Origin: the human T2T-CHM13v2.0 reference genome, Homo sapiens
Direction: 5' to 3' (one strand)
NCBI RefSeq assembly: GCF_009914755.1
Contig: NC_060941.1
Length of the DNA stretch: 64,000 nt
The translations under genes were made by a program, and so were the position numbers. The notes beneath the pieces were generated by a model. That model had not been told where the DNA came from. It ran no database searches and saw only the letters and a program-made list of their open reading frames with translations. The stretch's first letter is position 1. Every line of letters begins with the position of its first letter. This document shows, in pieces, positions 58,295 through 64,000 of the stretch.

Positions 58295-61200
58295 TTGCTC
58301 CGGAGCCCGCAGAGAAATCCCAACAATCAATGGCCAACAACACTCTGCCTGTGGCTGCAGCATCCATCCTCCCCCCACAGGTCTGGTGGTTTGGGCAGCA
58401 GGTAGGCAGGTGGAAGGAAGCTGGGGCAGGGTTGGGCCTTCCCACCTGGGGGCTGGGCCTCAGTGGAGGCTGAAGGGGAGAGGTAGGGAAGCCCAGGATG
58501 CCAGGACAGGAGTGACTGGTCCTCTCATTCACAAAGCCCTCAAAGGATTGAAGAGTAAGAGCCACCCCACATCACTCTGCTCTGGCCCAAGACTTCAGGG
58601 ACCATAGTTCACCTGACTCCCAGCCCCTTATTCTTTCCTGACCTCCAAATATTGGAAAGGATGTTTTATTCCTTTGCCACTAATGACTGAGAAGCACCTA
58701 TCATCACCAGAAATGTGCTAGAAGAAAGTGAAGGGCTGTTTATGTCTTGGGTCTGTCTGACAACATGGGTTTCAACTTGATTAATAAAAGGCAGATAATA
58801 ACTTCTATCTCACAGAGATGATAAGAGAACTAAATGAGCTAATGTATACAAAGCACTTCGTACAGCGCCTGGCACATAGTTGGTACCATATAAATGTTTG
58901 CTATTATTGTTGTTGCTATTATTTGGATAGTGATACTCTCCTGGGTTCCCTTCTGCCTGTAGTGAAGCTCTCCCCTATGCCGGGAAAGTGGACATAGTGC
59001 TAGCTGAAGCCAGGTTTTGTGAAATGGGCAGACACTTTGGAGTAGCCTTACTACTTACTGGCTGTACAGCCTCAGGGTAAGTGACTTAATCTCATCAAAA
59101 CTCAGTTTTTCCATGTGTAAAATGGGAACAACTAATATCTTACTGCGAGTACTAAATAGAAAAGTCATGTGAAACGCTTGACCAGTGAAGGCTGGGCCCC
59201 TGAGGATTCTGGGCCAGGCCTCACGTCTCAATATATATCTATGGAATGAATGAATGAATGATGGATGGATGGGTAGATATACCCCAGGGCCTGCTCTTTT
59301 AGGAGTTGTGGACCTGAATTATTGTGGTTCTGGATGATTCTTAGGCCTCCACCTCTCCATTAAAGGGCATGTAGGCTCAGAGCTGCTCCCAAAGATTCAT
59401 GTTGGTCCCTGCAAGCTATGTGAGAGTGTCTGAAGCTGGGAGATGGATGAGGGGGCTATGGAGCCAGATGACATGGATTCATCCTTCCCTTACCTCTTAG
59501 TGCCAGCCAAGTCCATTCGAGGCATCCCTCTCAGCCATTAGGGGTAGTGGGTGGGTGCTTAGGGTGGCTGTTATAGGGGGGGTGGTCAGGAATCCTGGGC
59601 TTTACCTCTGCCAATACCCACCTGTGCAACTCTCATTAATTTATTCAACATGTATTTAATGTCTGCCATGTGCTAGGCTTTGTGTCACTGGGGACACAAG
59701 CAGTGGTGGCACTAAGGGGTGACTGGGGAGAGGCTTTAGCCCATTCAGAATGGCCATCAGCACCCTATCCCTGAGCCACCTCAGGCTGATGGCGTGACAG
59801 CTTAATTTGTAGAAGGAAAAAACGAAGTAAAGGCTGTAATTTACAGTTGGGATAATTGGCCAACTGTTAGGAAAGGAAAAAAATTCTAACATACAATCTA
59901 TGTAAAAATAGCATGCTTGCTACGCAAACTCAGCTTCAAGATTCGGTCCCAGCTGCCATAGGCCCGCCTCCCCTTTCTAACCAAGCAGCTGACCCTAAAC
60001 TTCTCCCAAACAGGAATTCTAGAGCTTCCCCAAGACATAGTGGGTGAACAAAACAGACTTGGGATCATCTTTGTTGAGTTTAGTTTTGCTGCTGGAGCAT
60101 CAAGCAACCAGGGACTTGTGACCTAGCAAGATGGGGACCTGGATGGGGGAAGCCAAGGGATGGTGAGAGCACAGAAGAGTCCTCTGACCCAGGCTGGAGG
60201 ACAGGCCTGGCTCCCCTGAGGAACCATGTAGTAGATGCTCCTTAAATAGGTACTGGAGAATTACAGGAAGTGTCAGCTAAGCTAATACTTGAAGCGTGAG
60301 GTAGAGTGAGCCAGATTGGTCCGGGAGGGGAAAGGAATTTCAGGCAGAAAGGCTGATAAGAGCCCAAAAGCTGTTGAGAACTTGGTTCATTTGACTTGGC
60401 TAATTTGGAAAACTGAAGCTAAAACTCCTTTGGCCTGGCTGGGTGGGTCGGCTTCCTGGAATTGCCACTTCCTGTTGGAATTGGTCTTGGAGACCTCCTA
60501 GTGCCTGCTTCCCACCACCCAGCTGCAGACCAGTGCTGGCAGCATAGTCTCCGCCAGAAACCTCTTCTGTATAGAACCTGGCTCCTCCTCCCTGAGAATA
60601 GGCCAGTAAGCTGGGGACCCAGAAATCTGCATGACTTGACAAGAACTTTGAGGCTCTCCTGTGCTATAAGGCATGGCAACTTCCATTGAAGGCTCCAGAG
60701 AGTGGAGGCCCAGAGAGGACAGGGGTATATGTGAGATCACATGGGAGCCTGGGTTCTTAACCACCTGGATTGAGAAGTTCCTTCACTAATGTAACTCCTG
60801 CCTAATAGGCCCTTTTCTGCACCCTCTTTCTTCTTTTTTTTTTTTTTTGGTGGGGGTAGGGGTGGGGTTGGTAGAGTGCTGAGCCATGACAGCTCTGCCC
60901 AGGTGGGGGCACAGCATTCCTGAGCTGATCCCAGCCCAGCAGATGGGGCTTAATTGGGCTAGGATAGGTGGGGACAAGGAGCACAGGAAGCTGGAGGGCC
61001 TGGAACTGGATGGATGGAGGGGCTAAGGAAGCAGGCTTTCTGATATGCTCCCCATATTTAGGCAGGCATGGTAGTACTGGTGGGGAATGGAAGCTCAGTT
61101 TCTAATTAAGCCCAGCCCTTGTGTCTCCTTGCTCTCCATTAGTGCCCCACAGTGTCCCCAAGGCATTTTAAGCGGCCACCCTGCTGAGGAGGCCAGGATG

Positions 61201-63169
61201 GCCGCCAGGGCCTGCCAAGCTTAGACCTATGAGGAGCAAAAAGCCAACTCAGGCTTCTCCTGTCCATGGCAGTCTCTGGGTCCTCCAGCCTCCTTGGAAG
61301 CCCGGGGCTGGTGGGTGGGGGTGTGCTCCTGCCTGCCATGTCAACCTCTGGGTTTCTGAACAGAATCTGGACTGTCTCCCATGGGGCCTTGTCCCCAGTA
61401 CCACTTCCTGATCCCGAAGTGCCAGGCTGGGGACAAGGAACAGGACCTAGTATTGGTTTCAGCAGCAGCCCCCAGACTCATGGATGTGCTGTTAGAATCC
61501 AGCACCTACCAAGGAGTCTGCAGGAAGCAGCAATTACCATTTTAGGTTAAGGCAGCCCTCGTTTGTTAACCCTTGCAGCACTAGGGCTCCTGGAAGCTGA
61601 GTCGTCCTTCCTCTCTTTTCTCCTCCAGACCTTCCCTTCCAGACATCATCCCTCAGTTCTTGGCAGAGTGAGTAACCCAGACTAGCCATCCCCAGGCCCC
61701 CTCTATCACCACATTCTCAAGTGGAGCTCAGAGAGGTGGAGCAGCAGGTCCAAGGTCACACAGCCATGGAGGCAGCCTCCATTCCTGAGACCCAACCTTA
61801 CCCCAGTCTCAGCGGCTTCCACCTTCATAATCTCCCTAGGCCACATTCACACATGCAGAGTTTAATTAACTTTATTGATATTCAGAAATTAGGAGAATGA
61901 CTAAAGGTAATTGCTCATTAAAAATCATTAAACTGACACAGCAGGCTCGGCACACGCAGCCCCTTCAACACCGCTTTTTCCTCCACTGTGGCTGGATGGC
62001 CCAGGCACCCCACACAGCTTGGGAAGATACCCCGTGGCCCAAGACGCCCCTGATGCCTGACGCCAATCAAGACTTGGAGGCTGCAGAAGGGAATAGGGGA
62101 CTGAGCCTGTGAGCTTGGGCCAAGCCCAGCACGATTTTGCCCTACCTCCGCAGCCTCGGCATACCAGGCCTTCCAAGGCATCTGGGCCGTGCCTGGCTAC
62201 ATCCTGCAGTCTGCATCCTGCCTATGAGCAAAGCTCTGAGGGCCTCATCAGAGAGGTGGCGGGGCTGAAAGGCTGAGGGATGCACCCCTCGGGCCGAAAA
62301 GGCTCATAGCCTGAGGTCTTTGCTCCTTTAGGCTCGCCTTCACAAAGCTAAAGTGCCCAGGAACCCCGGGATGGCCAAATGCGCTGCTCCCCACTGAGAT
62401 GACTCACTATCCCAATGGTTGGGACCTCCAGTCCAGCCGAGGAGAGAGGAGCCTCTGGCTACCCAGCTCTGACATCCCAGCCCTCTCATCCTCAGGCTTG
62501 GCACTTCGGGGCTGCCTCTTCGTCTCCCTTGGGGAGTGAAAATAGAGGTCTTTCCCAACAGCCAGACTCCTACCCCACATATCCCACTGGCAGGTGCCTC
62601 CATGGGCACTGGAGATCCTGATAGGAAGGGACACTGCCCAGGGACACACAGACTTGAGGCCACAGAGTGAGCAGATTCCTCCTAACACTCACACCCACAT
62701 CCCCATCAGGGCTGGTGGGACTCCTGGCCACACCAGCCTTCCTCCTGGATTCCCACAGTCTCACTCTAGCCCTGCAGGGAGCTCTCTGGCTGAGGCTGCA
62801 CCCACACACTAGTGGCCTCACACAGTCCTCACACCCATTCACTGCTGACCCCTCACCCAAGATTCGGACCACTTGAAGTGCAGACACACTGGGACTGGCT
62901 CCTCTAGTCATGCAGGGCCCTGATTACTCTCACATTCAGACCCACAAACTCACACACAAGGCCTTGACTAACTGCCAGGGGACAGACACAGGCCCTGCGC
63001 CCCAGGGGAGCTGTCCAGCGCCAGGACCCATCAGGACCCAAGATAGGTTCGGAATTCCTAGGGACATCCCCAGGCAGCTAGGCAGGGATTCACACTTCTC
63101 CTTCCCGGTCTTCATCCCTGGGGTGGGTCTTGCAGGACTCTTCCCCTCTCCCCAGAACGTGAGCACACG

Positions 63170-63818
63170 GTTTCAAGTTCTGGGCGCTGCCGGAGGATCC
63201 AGCATGGGCAGCCCGGTAGCGGGGTGAGGACACTGGGCTGTGTGCAAGTGGAGCTAGAGGCTCAGAAAAAGGCTTCTGCGTCTCCGGGGCCACAGTTTTT
63301 CTTCCTGGATGAAGAAAACTGCCGTCCGGGGGCCCAGCCTGTCCCTGGCCGCGCTGCCTTGACCTCGGCAGCGGCCTGGAAAGATCGAGCAGGGAGGTTA
63401 GAAACTCCCACCCTCACACTTCACATCAGGCCCTTCAAACCATATGGCAAGGGATGGCAGGTCTCAACTCCAAGTGCGGTTCTGCCGACCCTACCAGCCT
63501 ACTGCAGCGGGAGAAGGACGTGGGTGCCAGTAGCTTCCATGAGAGCTTGTTTGAGCCAGGACGGCAGGTCCAGACAAGACTCTTCCCCGAGGCACGGAAC
63601 CCCTATCCTCTCCCCAACACTCCCTTGCCGCTCACACCATGGCCAAGCTTCCCTCTACCCAAGACCGACGAAGTTGGGGACCAGACTCCTAGAGGGGGCG
63701 CGGGGATTCTCAGGGTGTGGGGAACAGGTCCTCCAGAGACAAATCTGCCTTGCAGGTGGGGAGTGGACCAGGGCCGGGCAGGAAGGCAGGCCGGGAGGGA
63801 GGCAGAGCTCGGGGCAGT

Positions 63819-63859
<41 letters not shown>

Positions 63860-64000
63860 AAGGAAAGGACTTTGGGGAGGACAGAGTCTCTATCCCAGGA
63901 TCTCCGCTGCTGCAGCCGAGGGCAGAGCCAGGAGCCAGATAGGGGGTCCAGGCCCTTGGAGTTTCTCTCTAGAATTGTGCTCTAGGTCCCGACTCTGGCG
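63170..64000. promoter_or_regulatory. Rising CpG density, probable shore of the SEZ6 promoter/exon-1 CpG island
   Basis: CpG frequency increases toward the right edge; no signal-peptide exon found in the window, so exon 1 must be further right. Confidence 0.5.
63821..63856. repeat. (TG)18 microsatellite
   Basis: Direct read; perfect repeat. Confidence 0.95.

Overview
Primate, almost certainly human, genomic DNA: Alu-rich, and the exon translations match the human PHF12 and SEZ6 proteins as I recall them (17q11.2). Both genes are on the minus strand, in tandem. Left part (1-~11.4 kb): the 5' end of PHF12, with coding exons 1-2, part of the long intron 2, and a CpG-island promoter carrying NRF1-, YY1- and ZNF143-type motifs. 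Right part (~13.7-64 kb): SEZ6 exons 2-17. I placed every exon by GT/AG boundaries and phase; they total 2930 coding nt including the stop. SEZ6 exon 1 (signal peptide) is not in the window and should lie beyond the right edge. The rest is intron containing Alus, L1M, L2, MIR, MER elements and an LTR8-type solo LTR. I saw no tRNA, rRNA or CRISPR, and I cannot show a wholly new system from sequence alone. The best leads are: (i) an in-frame alternative PHF12 first exon plus a uORF/leaky-scanning/G4 leader; (ii) a ZNF143-motif cluster with a well-formed plus-strand 45-nt exon, suggesting a divergent transcript running antisense into SEZ6; (iii) a clean Alu-orientation switch at SEZ6 exon 3, predicting in-frame, stop-free circRNAs; (iv) a frame-preserving 39-nt exon carrying the probable BACE1 site, and a dual-frame last exon; (v) homeodomain/E-box/SOX motif islands; (vi) several retrotransposition and template-switch oddities. 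Repeat boundaries and subfamily calls are by eye and approximate.
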